The notes under the pieces are model-generated. The model saw only the letters and a program-made list of their open reading frames with translations. It made no database searches and was not told the DNA's origin. Below are positions 9,407 through 17,889 of a stretch of DNA of 64,000 nucleotides, piece after piece. Positions within the stretch are counted from its first letter, which is position 1. Each line of letters starts with the position of its first letter. The position numbers were made by a program, and so were the translations under genes. Source of the stretch: an uncultured Clostridia bacterium (lineage in GTDB: Bacteria > Bacillota > Clostridia > Oscillospirales > Ruminococcaceae); contig CANQNF010000007.1 in assembly GCA_947625125.1 (NCBI GenBank), positions 14,667 to 78,666 on the forward strand, written 5' to 3'.

Positions 9407-9816
9407 TTACATGCCTAATTTTTCTGCAAAATCAGCCATAGCTTCGGAAACCTTGATTTGCTGCGGACAGACGGCTTCGCAGCTCCTGCAGCCTAAACAG
9501 GCGCTTGGCAGCTTGTCATTCGGATACGAAGACAGGGCCATCGGCGCGATGAATCCGCCTTTGGTGAAGCAATGCTCATTGTAGAAAGCCAGCAAAGTCG
9601 GAATATCCAGTCCCTGCGGGCAGTGGCTCACGCAGTAATGGCAGGCGGTACAGGGCAAGACGATCTTCCGTACCATTTCATCCGCCATAGCCAACAGATT
9701 TTTCTTTTCTTCCTCGGAAAGGGGTTTTCCCTCCTGGAAAGTCCGGATATTTTCTTTCATCTGCTACATGGGGGAAGGCGCATCAGCCCAAATCCCAATT
9801 TCTTGATTTCACTCAT
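9407..9816 (-). pseudogene. Aldo/keto-reductase-ferredoxin fusion gene remnant (AKR barrel deleted)
   Basis: ATG 9816 with an RBS gives MSEIKKLGFGLMRLP, an AKR N-terminal motif, then a stop. ORF 9407..9760 encodes only the C-terminal 2x CxxCxxC-type Fe-S part (CTACHYCVSHCP, CLGCRSCEAVCP). Confidence 0.6.
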
Positions 9817-9831
9817 TGTCGGTTCCTCCTG

Positions 9832-10440
9832 TTATTTATTTTCATTGATATAGGGTCGTATCATGGTCGGTAAAAATAATCTGCAAAATTCTTTTGTGCG
9901 TTCCTCAAAACTATATGCACCGCCCGACATATCCCAACAGAGCATTTCACCATAGATTACATCAATCAGCGCGCCCGCAAGCGCATCTACGGGCGTACCG
10001 TCCGCCAGTTCGCCCCGCTCGATTCCCGTTTCAATCATGCCTTTCATAGAATCAATATCCATGCGGAGTTTGTCCGTGTTGTACGGCGCCTCCACAAGAT
10101 TGGGGTCAACGGTGTTCCGCACCCATTCCTGACAGAGCTTCAGCCCGTCCCGTTCAATATGCCCCGAAAAATTCACCATGTAAAATTCCAGTCGTTCCAT
10201 AAACAGGCCGTCATGGGCCTGCGCCTCGTCGTAAATTCCCTGAAACATCTCCCGGCTCAGCTCAAAAACTACGTCCTCCTTGCGTTTGAAATAGGTATAG
10301 AACGTGCCGTTTGAAACGCCGCAGGCCTTTGTGATTTCTTCGATTGATGTGTTGACCAAGCCTTTTTCACATATCAGCTTTTTCGCTGCTTCAAGCAGCT
10401 TGCGTCTGGTTTCCAACGCTGCAATCTGCCGGTTTGTCAT
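9832..10440 (-). CDS. TetR family transcriptional regulator
   Basis: This is Met23 of ORF 9832..10506; a GTG a few codons upstream is also possible. The HTH reads TSIEEITKACGVSNGTFYTYFKRKEDV. Confidence 0.8.
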   Translation of the reverse strand: MTNRQIAALETRRKLLEAAKKLICEKGLVNTSIEEITKACGVSNGTFYTYFKRKEDVVFELSREMFQGIYDEAQAHDGLFMERLEFYMVNFSGHIERDGLKLCQEWVRNTVDPNLVEAPYNTDKLRMDIDSMKGMIETGIERGELADGTPVDALAGALIDVIYGEMLCWDMSGGAYSFEERTKEFCRLFLPTMIRPYINENK

Positions 10441-10476
10441 TTTCTTTTCCACGACATCATCTCCTTTAACGATTTC

Positions 10477-10514
10477 ATTATAGCACATTCGCTGAATAAA
10501 AGTCAATGACTTTT
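10477..10514 (-). promoter_or_regulatory. Promoter plus palindromic operator of the TetR gene
   Basis: On the minus strand: TTGACT (10501-10506), an 18-nt spacer, then TATAAT (10477-10482). The perfect 17-bp palindrome AAAAGTCA-A-TGACTTTT (10498-10514) overlaps the -35. Confidence 0.55.
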
Positions 10515-10568
10515 AATCAATTTTTTTGCCGGGTATAAGAATTAGGAAAAATCGAGTGTATATAATAA

Positions 10569-10594
10569 CTCCCTCCAATCCCTCCCTCCAATCC
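10569..10594. repeat. Perfect 13-bp tandem duplication
   Basis: CTCCCTCCAATCC occurs twice, at 10569-10581 and 10582-10594. It is followed by a partly complementary GGAATGGGGGGA. Confidence 0.8.
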
Positions 10595-10622
10595 GAAAAC
10601 TCGGAATGGGGGGAGAAAGCAA

Positions 10623-10654
10623 GATTCTACCGCGGGAGCAAATTTCGCGTATGC
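10623..10654. repeat. 32-nt direct repeat, copy 2 (the partner is at 6358-6389)
   Basis: GATTCTACCGCGGGAGCAAATTTCGCGTATGC. Confidence 0.8.
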
Positions 10655-10708
10655 TCTTTTCCCGCTGAATCTGTTTACCATACCCCTCGCTCATATGCCT
10701 ACACTAAA

Positions 10709-10740
10709 CCCCGCCCAAGCTGATTTCAGCCCGGGCGGGG
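10709..10740 (-). terminator. GC-rich hairpin downstream of the XRE-TPR gene
   Basis: CCCCGCCC...GGGCGGGG forms the stem, flanked by short A and T runs. Confidence 0.45.
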
Positions 10741-10767
10741 TTGACTATTCAATTAACTCTGCTGCTG

Positions 10768-11898
10768 TTAAACAGGGTCTCCGGCCTGCCTGATTCCAGC
10801 CTTACCCTCCAACTCAGCTATAATCTTTTTGAACCACGCCTCTTCGCGGTACCTGTCAAACGTGCGGCTGCCATACTCTTCCTCCGTAATCCGCTTGAGA
10901 AAATGCTCGCTCCATTTTCTTGACGGCGCGGTCTCATTGTAGCGCTTCAAACCGTTTAAAATCGGCGATTTGAACGTAAATTCCTGCGGCAGCGTCTCAT
11001 ACTGCTTCGCAAACCGCGCCATGCCCTCAAGATGCTCCCTCGTTTTCTTTTCATCGCCGCGCTCTGCATATATTCTTGCGCAGTGATAATGGCTGTTCGC
11101 CACGCGTCGCGCCGCCGCGCCGTAAAAGCCGTCGCTGTACAAAAGCTTAAGCATGTTAAGTATAAATTCATGCCGAGTCAGCGGGTCGACGGTGTTTGTA
11201 TAATCGAGCACATGCGCCAAAATCTCGGCAAATTCCGAAATCGTCGACTTTCGCCACTGGTCGCCGGTGATTTTTTCGCCCGTGAAATAGTGCGTGTAAA
11301 TCACCTCGTCATCGTAGGCGGCTTCCGATACCAAAAAGTCTTTTGAATGGTACATCGACCCGCCCATGGCGGCAGCCTCCATCGATTTTTTGTGATCGCC
11401 AAGTGCCTTATAGAAAGCCGTGAGATAATTTATCGCGAAGCTTCTCATTTCCCGGTCCGTCGATTTTGCAAGGATCTTTTCGCAAAGACGAATCGCCTCG
11501 TTGAGACTTTCCGCCCGCTTTGTTACTGTGAATTCTTCATAGAGATACCGTGCAAGTTCGGACATGACTTCGTGATCTTCTGGAAATTCCGCAAGCGCTT
11601 CACGCCAGACCGAAACCGCCTCTGAAACCATGCCGCGCCCGTTAAGTTCGAGCGCACGGGTACGGTATTTTTTGATCAGGTCATGCTTGCGAAGCTCGCC
11701 TACGCCTAAAAGATCGTCCACCGAAACGCCGTAAAACGCCGCAATTTTGGGCAAAAGCGTGATATCGGGATACCCCTCCGCACGCTCCCACTTTGACACC
11801 GCCTGAATGCTGATAGACAGGTAATTCGCGAGTTCTTCCTGTGTGTTGCCCTTTTCGCGCCTTAAATCCTGCAAGCTTTTTGAAATGTTGATGTTCAT
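10768..11898 (-). CDS. XRE-family HTH regulator with a TPR-like C-terminal domain
   Basis: The N-terminus LRREKGNTQEELANYLSISIQAVSKWERAEGYPDITLLPKIAAFYGVSVDDLLG is followed by a long helical repeat region. Confidence 0.75.
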   Translation of the reverse strand: MNINISKSLQDLRREKGNTQEELANYLSISIQAVSKWERAEGYPDITLLPKIAAFYGVSVDDLLGVGELRKHDLIKKYRTRALELNGRGMVSEAVSVWREALAEFPEDHEVMSELARYLYEEFTVTKRAESLNEAIRLCEKILAKSTDREMRSFAINYLTAFYKALGDHKKSMEAAAMGGSMYHSKDFLVSEAAYDDEVIYTHYFTGEKITGDQWRKSTISEFAEILAHVLDYTNTVDPLTRHEFILNMLKLLYSDGFYGAAARRVANSHYHCARIYAERGDEKKTREHLEGMARFAKQYETLPQEFTFKSPILNGLKRYNETAPSRKWSEHFLKRITEEEYGSRTFDRYREEAWFKKIIAELEGKAGIRQAGDPV

Positions 11899-12195
11899 AA
11901 ATTTCTCCTTAAAATTTAGTAACGCCCGACGTTCAATTAAATTATAACATATTTTCCGGCGGATTCAATGAGCGCAAGGTGGATTTTTAGGGGAAAATTA
12001 AACGAGGAGGGGAAATATCGCATGGTTATCCACAGCCTCGACTGTTTAGAGATGTCGGGTTAATTTTAGAAACGGCAAGTTGTTAGAAGATTGAAGATAT
12101 TATAAATCATTGCTTTAAAGCTTGAAATCATACCACGCTTATGATATAATTAAACCGTATTGTAAGCGTGGGCTGTTTCCAAAAAGGAGGTATAT

Positions 12196-12306
12196 ATGAA
12201 ACAACCCAACAATGCAAAATATTCAACAGCGCTCTATATGCGTCTTTCCAGAGATGACGAAAACTTTGGCGACAGCGTGTCCATAGAAACGCAAGATGTT
12301 ATGTAA
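12196..12306 (+). pseudogene. Large serine recombinase, N-terminal 34-aa fragment carrying the catalytic-Ser motif
   Basis: After GGAGG, MKQPNNAKYSTALYMRLSRDDENFGDSVSIETQ is followed by DVM-stop. YxRLSRDD..S.SIxxQ is the resolvase-domain start. Confidence 0.7.
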
Positions 12307-12404
12307 AGGGGACATTCCCCCAAAAATATTACATCATAGCTGACGGCTCATTTGCGGAAATAGCGAGTTATGACGTGGAGCTGAAAAATGCGAAAGGAGG
12401 GGCT

Positions 12405-12755
12405 ATGGTTATATGTTATACCGCTGTCGGCGATTATCTTCTGCCAAATATCGCGTATTGTGATAATACCTTGCATTTAGGTCGCTACTCTCGGCTTCGT
12501 CAGAAGTTTCTGAAAGAAAATCACGGCGGCGTTTATAGTGAGATGCTGCTCAGCGGTTCTCTTTGGGAACATCTCTCGGAAATCGAATCTTCTTGTCAAG
12601 CGCGTTTGGAACGAATAGTTTCGGCACTTGCCAAAAGCGAGGGCGTGACAGAATCGCTAAAGGAATCAGACCAGCTTGAATGGGTCTGCAAGATGAACAG
12701 CGTTCGCGACAGAGCCGAAGAAATCGTCTTATCAGAGCTTATTTACACCTTATGA
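12405..12755 (+). CDS. tnpV: TnpV-like transposon-associated protein
   Basis: MVICYTAVGDYLLPNI...GRYSRLRQKFLKENH...EWVCKMNSVRDRAEEIVLSELIY matches the TnpV pattern (TYxxVGDYLLPNL ... AEEIVLxELIY). Confidence 0.7.
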   Translation: MVICYTAVGDYLLPNIAYCDNTLHLGRYSRLRQKFLKENHGGVYSEMLLSGSLWEHLSEIESSCQARLERIVSALAKSEGVTESLKESDQLEWVCKMNSVRDRAEEIVLSELIYTL

Positions 12756-12821
12756 AAACTGCCCTCAGGCAAACGCTTGAGGGCGGGTTTTTATTTATAC
12801 TTGTTCCTCGACTTATAAACA

Positions 12822-13706
12822 TTAAACCTGTTTTTGCACTCTGCAATACTTTTCCCCCGCCAGCGCGTAAAACGTTACCCACTTGCTTGGTTTACCGGGT
12901 TTTTCGGTTTTAATGTACGGCTTTGTCAGCGAACAGTCTATGACATATTTTCCGTCCTCGGTGCGCCTTTGCTCAAGAATGCTCCATGCCCGTTTACAGC
13001 GCGAATCGTCCGCTTTGCCCAAAACAGACAGCGAGTAAAGTATCATGTGCAGCCCGATTCTTGTCGCGACGGGCGGGTGAAACGTCCTGCCCATCTCCTC
13101 TTTTACGATCCAATCAGGATTGTCATGCCGAAAAAGAACTTCCCTGCCGAGAAAATACTCCGCAAGCGCGTTTTCTTCATCGCATTTATGCCCTATCTTG
13201 CGCAGCTCCGCCATCAGCAAAAGATAACTTGCCGACATCTGAAAACAGCTTTTATGCGGCACGTTCGGCTTTTTGATTTTAGGATTTTTTGATATACAGG
13301 GGTACCCGCCGTCGCTCTGCTGCGCCGTCAAAACCTGCGCAAGCTCCTTTCTTACCTCGGGCATGCCGTAATATCCCAACTTAACTAAATTTCGCAGCAA
13401 AAATCCCTCTCCGCAGCCGTCCGCAAAGCCGTATTCCGATATATAATTCTCAACATATCTGTCAATATCCAAATCCTTGCGGGTAAGTCCGCATTCCGCA
13501 AGCGCGCTGAAAGCATGAGCGTCCGCATATGCCTTTCCAATCTCAAAGAGGGATAGCGCGTGTTTCACATCTTCCGACGAAAGAAGATTATTTAAAGCCG
13601 CCGATTCATCGCCTAAACGTCTGTCATCAAGCAGCTCTGTCAAGGTGCGGTATCTCACGGCGAGGTTGCTGCCCTCCAAAAGCCAGTTTATAACAGAGTT
13701 TTCCAA
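12822..13706 (-). CDS. Prenyltransferase/terpene-cyclase-like alpha/alpha-toroid repeat protein (function unknown)
   Basis: A 294-aa protein with a QQSDGGY (QxxDGG) repeat motif and a helical-repeat character. There is no signal peptide. Confidence 0.45.
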   Translation of the reverse strand: MENSVINWLLEGSNLAVRYRTLTELLDDRRLGDESAALNNLLSSEDVKHALSLFEIGKAYADAHAFSALAECGLTRKDLDIDRYVENYISEYGFADGCGEGFLLRNLVKLGYYGMPEVRKELAQVLTAQQSDGGYPCISKNPKIKKPNVPHKSCFQMSASYLLLMAELRKIGHKCDEENALAEYFLGREVLFRHDNPDWIVKEEMGRTFHPPVATRIGLHMILYSLSVLGKADDSRCKRAWSILEQRRTEDGKYVIDCSLTKPYIKTEKPGKPSKWVTFYALAGEKYCRVQKQV

Positions 13707-13707
13707 T

Positions 13708-14163
13708 CTATCCCTCCCTCTTTTTCCAATGCCCGAGCTGCGGCAGCTGCACCTCGAAAAACGCCCTTGCCTGCTCGGGAGGGAAGTTTTCGTTTGACAT
13801 ATGCCCGACCAGAAAATCCGTCAGTTCCTCGATGTTTTTATAAACAAATTCGCCGTCGGTATAACACCACTTGCAGTAATCTTCGTTAAAATCTCCGCCC
13901 GGCTCGCGGCTTATATTTCCGTCGTCGTCAAGCGGCATTCCGCAGCATTGACAAATAAGTTTCCGGGGAGAGCCGAGCAGCGTGTTCACCGAAACATCAA
14001 AAATCTTTGATAGCAGTTTCAGCGTATCGGTATTCGGAACCGTGTCGCCGTTTTCCCACCTGCTGACCGCCTGACGAGTTACAAAAAGCCGTTCGGCAAG
14101 CTCTTCCTGCGACAAACCGGCTTTAGTTCGTAAGTCGCGTATTATGTCTTTTGTCTCATTCAT
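13708..14163 (-). CDS. XRE HTH protein with a C-terminal zinc-ribbon domain
   Basis: LRTKAGLSQEELAERLFVTRQAVSRWENGDTVPNTDTLKLLSKIF is followed by CQCCG...CKWC. The stop lies 1 nt before the start of the downstream gene. Confidence 0.75.
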   Translation of the reverse strand: MNETKDIIRDLRTKAGLSQEELAERLFVTRQAVSRWENGDTVPNTDTLKLLSKIFDVSVNTLLGSPRKLICQCCGMPLDDDGNISREPGGDFNEDYCKWCYTDGEFVYKNIEELTDFLVGHMSNENFPPEQARAFFEVQLPQLGHWKKREG

Positions 14164-14288
14164 GAAATCACCTCGGGGATATTATACCACGATTTAAAAA
14201 GAATGACAAGCAACGCGGTGTTGCTGCCATCGTATAAGTTTATGGCGTTCATGCCATAGTTAAAATTAGAATTGTAATATTTTCTTAT

Positions 14289-14441
14289 AGCTTTGCCCAT
14301 CAAGGCTACGAAAATGTCGTTCACTACACCGACGACGGCTATTCGGGCGGCAACCTCGAGCGACCCGCTTGGAAACAGCTTGTTTCGGACATCGAAGCGG
14401 CTAAAGCTTCCGCATGCAATCTCAAGCGAAGTGCGGTATAA
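14289..14441 (+). pseudogene. Large serine recombinase internal fragment (residues ~40-85)
   Basis: SFAHQGYENVVHYTDDGYSGGNLERPAWKQLVSDIEAAK aligns with YAREKRLPNPRFFVDDGYSGTNYDRPGFQEMLAEIEAGN of the 22594 gene. The similarity is lost after ~14410. Confidence 0.65.
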
Positions 14442-14524
14442 TCTTTTTAAAAAATTTTGTATTTAATGTAGTATTCGCCGCAAAAATCGTAGTATATAGG
14501 TGAAGCCGGAAAGGAGGCGGTGAG

Positions 14525-15085
14525 ATGACAGATGATGAAAAAATCATAGAGATGTTCTTTGAACGGTCAGAGCAAGGCATACGGGAGCTGGATATGAAAT
14601 ACGGAGCGATCTGCCGTAACCTTTCGTATAACATTGTGAACAACAGACAGGACGCGGAGGAATGCGTCAATGACGCTTACTTAGGCGCATGGAACGCCAT
14701 TCCCCCGACAAGACCAAACCCGCTGCTCAGTTACATCGTGAAAATTGTTCGGAACATTTCACTCAAAATCTATTGGAAAAAGGAAGCAGTCAAACGAAGC
14801 GGGCGCTATACGGTTGCATTAGAAGAAATCGAGGGCTGTATCGCAGACCCAAAAACCGTGGAAGATGAAATCGAAGCCGGAGAGTTAGCCCGTATCATTG
14901 AGGATTTTTTGGACACGCTGACACTTGAAAACCGCGTTATTTTCATGCGCCGCTATTGGTTTGCCGACAGCTATAAGGACATAGCCGAGTTTGTAGAGCT
15001 ATCGGAGAAAAACATCTCCGTCCGACTGACCCGCATCCGCATGAAAATGAAACAATATTTGATAGAAAGAGGGGTATTCATATGA
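14525..15085 (+). CDS. Sigma-70 family (ECF-like) RNA polymerase sigma factor
   Basis: A 186-aa protein with region 2 (DAEECVNDAYLGAW) and a region 4 HTH (SYKDIAEFVELSEKNISVRLTRIRMKMKQYL). It is a paralog of 49974..50528. Confidence 0.8.
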   Translation: MTDDEKIIEMFFERSEQGIRELDMKYGAICRNLSYNIVNNRQDAEECVNDAYLGAWNAIPPTRPNPLLSYIVKIVRNISLKIYWKKEAVKRSGRYTVALEEIEGCIADPKTVEDEIEAGELARIIEDFLDTLTLENRVIFMRRYWFADSYKDIAEFVELSEKNISVRLTRIRMKMKQYLIERGVFI

Positions 15086-15702
15086 ATGCAAAGAAGTTTT
15101 CAGACGCCATGAGCGAGCTTGACAGCAAGTACATTTACGAAGCTCTCAACTATACGAAGAAATCCAAAAGACCCGTTTGGGTGAAGTGGGGAGCTATAGC
15201 GGCTTGCCTTTGCCTTATTATCGGAATCGCTGTAACAGGCATACTCCGCCGGTCGCTTTTACCGGACGGCGATGTAGTCCATGAGCCTGAGCAGTATACG
15301 TCGGTTGCTTGGGAGGATGTCCCGTATACGGAGCCGTTCGGTGCGTTATTTCCCATCCAAATCATAGATGGATACGAACTTGAAGATGAAGCGGCTCTTT
15401 ATGGGGAGGGAGCAGACACGGTCATGGAGGCACGTTTCTACAATGAGCAGCTTAGTGATGAGCTTGTGATCACTGTTTATGCGAAAGGACATTACGGAAA
15501 CGAAACATTGAACGAGATTATTAGGGGCGACGGTCACAATTTTACCGGCAGCAGGCTAACGGTGGACGGCGGCGATTATGTGGTGCATTACGCCACCGGG
15601 CGAGATATTGCCGAGATTTCCGGCTTTGAGGACATGGTGAGGTCGGCGCAGGCATTTTCTTCACAGGACCTTGAGCCAAACTACAAAGACATTTTTGGAT
15701 GA
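15082..15702 (+). CDS. Putative anti-sigma factor (single-pass membrane protein)
   Basis: It overlaps the sigma gene stop. Its N-terminus FSDAMSELDSKYIYEALNY plus a TM helix shares a motif with 47827..49977. Confidence 0.55.
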   Translation: MNAKKFSDAMSELDSKYIYEALNYTKKSKRPVWVKWGAIAACLCLIIGIAVTGILRRSLLPDGDVVHEPEQYTSVAWEDVPYTEPFGALFPIQIIDGYELEDEAALYGEGADTVMEARFYNEQLSDELVITVYAKGHYGNETLNEIIRGDGHNFTGSRLTVDGGDYVVHYATGRDIAEISGFEDMVRSAQAFSSQDLEPNYKDIFG

Positions 15703-15921
15703 CGGTTATACAAAACAGTATTTTTACCTGGCCCAAGATACAGAATCCGGTGAATAGACGATTTCTGATAATACATCTCCAAACATAACGACAGATAGGA
15801 TTACAGTTTGTAGGGCGAATAGGCAATTATTGAACAACTAAATGTGTAACAAGCAGCTATTTTCGCATGGAAAACGGCTGCTCATTTCTTTTGCCCATGG
15901 GCAGAAAGTAACGACAAAATT

Positions 15922-15990
15922 ATGAACTATACTAACAATCAAATCATCATCGGCATAGACCACGGGTACGGGAATATCAAAGCTTTTGCA
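15922..15990 (+). pseudogene. ParM/StbA actin-like segregation protein, N-terminal stub
   Basis: MNYTNNQIIIGIDHGYGNIKA matches the phosphate-1 motif of ParM/StbA. The frame ends after 48 codons. Confidence 0.5.
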
Positions 15991-16100
15991 AATGGCTTTA
16001 CTTTTCCGGATAAATATGATACAATATTAAAAATAAATATGTATTTATTAAGGAGAGCAAAACAGTGAACAACGAATGAAAAAGGCTATATGAAGAAGCA

Positions 16101-16457
16101 ATGAGCGTTTTGAATCCCCATGATATTTCAAATAAAATGTGGGTAGGGAGTGTGGCGTCTGCCGTGCTCACGAAAAAAGGTAATATTTATAAGGGCATAT
16201 GTATTGATACGGACGGCTCTATAGGAATGTGCGCGGAAAGAAACGCTATATCGACAATGCTTACATATGGCGAAAGAGAGATAGTAAAAGTGGTTTCAGT
16301 GTATAAAGACGGAAATATTATCCCCTCTTGTGGTATTTGCAGAGAATTTATGATGCATTTAGGCAGAAATGTGGAAAATATTGAAATTCTGTTGGATAAG
16401 GAGGGACATACAGCAAGATTGATTGATTTGATGCCCGAGTATCCGCTGCATAAATAA
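16101..16457 (+). CDS. Cytidine-deaminase-fold protein (blasticidin-S-deaminase-like, small homotetramer type)
   Basis: A 118-aa protein with CAERNAI (CAE zinc motif) and SCGICREF (CxxC). It sits in a locally AT-rich stretch. Confidence 0.65.
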   Translation: MSVLNPHDISNKMWVGSVASAVLTKKGNIYKGICIDTDGSIGMCAERNAISTMLTYGEREIVKVVSVYKDGNIIPSCGICREFMMHLGRNVENIEILLDKEGHTARLIDLMPEYPLHK

Positions 16458-16673
16458 ATTTAAGTTTAACTACTTATCAAAAGCATAGAATGCCTTTTAC
16501 TTTTGGATTTGTCGGCAGCTTTTGATACCGCTTTTGCTCACTCCGATTGGTATTTTCAAACCGGTCGGGGCGGGTTAATGTCAAATAATTTTTCGCATAA
16601 CTGGATATAATATTCTGCAAAAGTGACAGCATTTTAGTATCAAAAACCGTCCATAAACATCACCCGCCGAAAA

Positions 16674-16705
16674 AATCCGCTCTGTCTACCGCGACAGGGC
16701 GGATT
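16674..16705 (-). terminator. Rho-independent terminator of the amidohydrolase gene
   Basis: AATCCGCtCTGTC-tacc..GACAGgGCGGATT forms a 13-bp stem. The A-run on the plus strand is a U-tract on the minus strand. Confidence 0.65.
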
Positions 16706-16796
16706 ATTCATTGATTGAACAGTGTAGGAATGAAGTGTACAGTGCATGAATCTGTCATTGACCGGCTCGCTGAAAAATATGCCACTAAAATTTTGC

Positions 16797-17762
16797 TCAT
16801 GACGATTCTCCTTTCAGAAGCTTTGCTGCGTTCTCTTGATAAATCATTTTAATTAAATCCGTATACTTCCCGTTCCCCTCAAAATGCCTTTTCTTCGCGA
16901 TAATTGCCCTCGCCGGCGAGTGCGGAAAGTCGCTCCCAAAGATGATTTTATCATCGTCTGCGACCATTCTCAGCATATCCAGCGCGACAGGTTCGGGGTC
17001 GCCCGCTATGTCAAAATAAAGGCGCTTAAATTCTTCGCTTACTTCCACCGTTTCCATCATGCCGAGCTGCGAGAGGATTCCCGAAACTCCGACGAACCGC
17101 TGAAGCATATACGGCAGGAAAGAGCCCGTATGCGGCACGACGAATCTGATGTTCGGAAACCTCGTCATTACGCGGTTTGCGATCATATTCAGCACAGCCC
17201 GCGTCGTGTCGGCGGGGTATTCATAGAGCGCGGCCACTTTGCCGGTGATGACGTTTTCGGGGCGAAGCCTTGCGCGGAAGGGGTGAATGATGACGAGCGC
17301 GCCCCTGCGGTCAAGCTCCTCCATAAGCGGGTCGAAGCTCGGGTCGCCGAGGTAAACGCCGTTTGAGTTGGTCACGACCTTGACCCCGGCCGCGCCCAAA
17401 TTGTCCATCGCGTAGGCGGTTTCCTTGATTGCACCGCCGACGCATGGCAGAGGCAGAACCGCCGCAAAAGCGAATTTATCGGGGCTTTCCTCGCATATTT
17501 TCGCGGTCGATTCGTTGATTTTTCGTGCGGCTTCGCATGCCTTTTCGTCGTCGCCGTTGTGGATATGCGGCGTGGGGACGGTGAGCACTGCGAAGTCGAT
17601 TCCAGCCTCCGACATAAAATCAAACTGCGATTTTACGCTCCACTCGGGCAGAGGAAAGCCGTCCTCCGCAAGTACGTCTATGCCCAAATTTTCGATTTCA
17701 CGCCGAAAAACCTCGTCGATGGGGTGCGCGTGAAAATCGACGGTTTTGTTAATTAGGTTCAT
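16797..17762 (-). CDS. Amidohydrolase-2 (ACMSD-like) family metal-dependent hydrolase
   Basis: A 321-aa protein with the N-terminal VDFHAHP metal motif and a TIM-barrel-like pattern. Confidence 0.65.
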   Translation of the reverse strand: MNLINKTVDFHAHPIDEVFRREIENLGIDVLAEDGFPLPEWSVKSQFDFMSEAGIDFAVLTVPTPHIHNGDDEKACEAARKINESTAKICEESPDKFAFAAVLPLPCVGGAIKETAYAMDNLGAAGVKVVTNSNGVYLGDPSFDPLMEELDRRGALVIIHPFRARLRPENVITGKVAALYEYPADTTRAVLNMIANRVMTRFPNIRFVVPHTGSFLPYMLQRFVGVSGILSQLGMMETVEVSEEFKRLYFDIAGDPEPVALDMLRMVADDDKIIFGSDFPHSPARAIIAKKRHFEGNGKYTDLIKMIYQENAAKLLKGESS

Positions 17763-17889
17763 GATTTACTCCTTTGGTTCGATGAAATTAAGTTTAAGCC
17801 ATGGTGAAAAACTGGTGTGAGGATTGACTTATATTCATAAGTTTGATATAATTTAAGTAATACTGAATTAAACATGGAAGCGTGATTCT

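Noticed and set aside
14400-14420. AAGCTT and GCATGC restriction sites at the recombinase-fragment breakpoint, and AAGCTT at the ParM stub breakpoint (15979-15984), as a hint of cloning-vector contamination.
   Set aside because: The surrounding sequence does not match any polylinker I know (pUC-type reads AAGCTTGCATGCCTGCAG). Six-cutter sites at this frequency are expected by chance in 64 kb.
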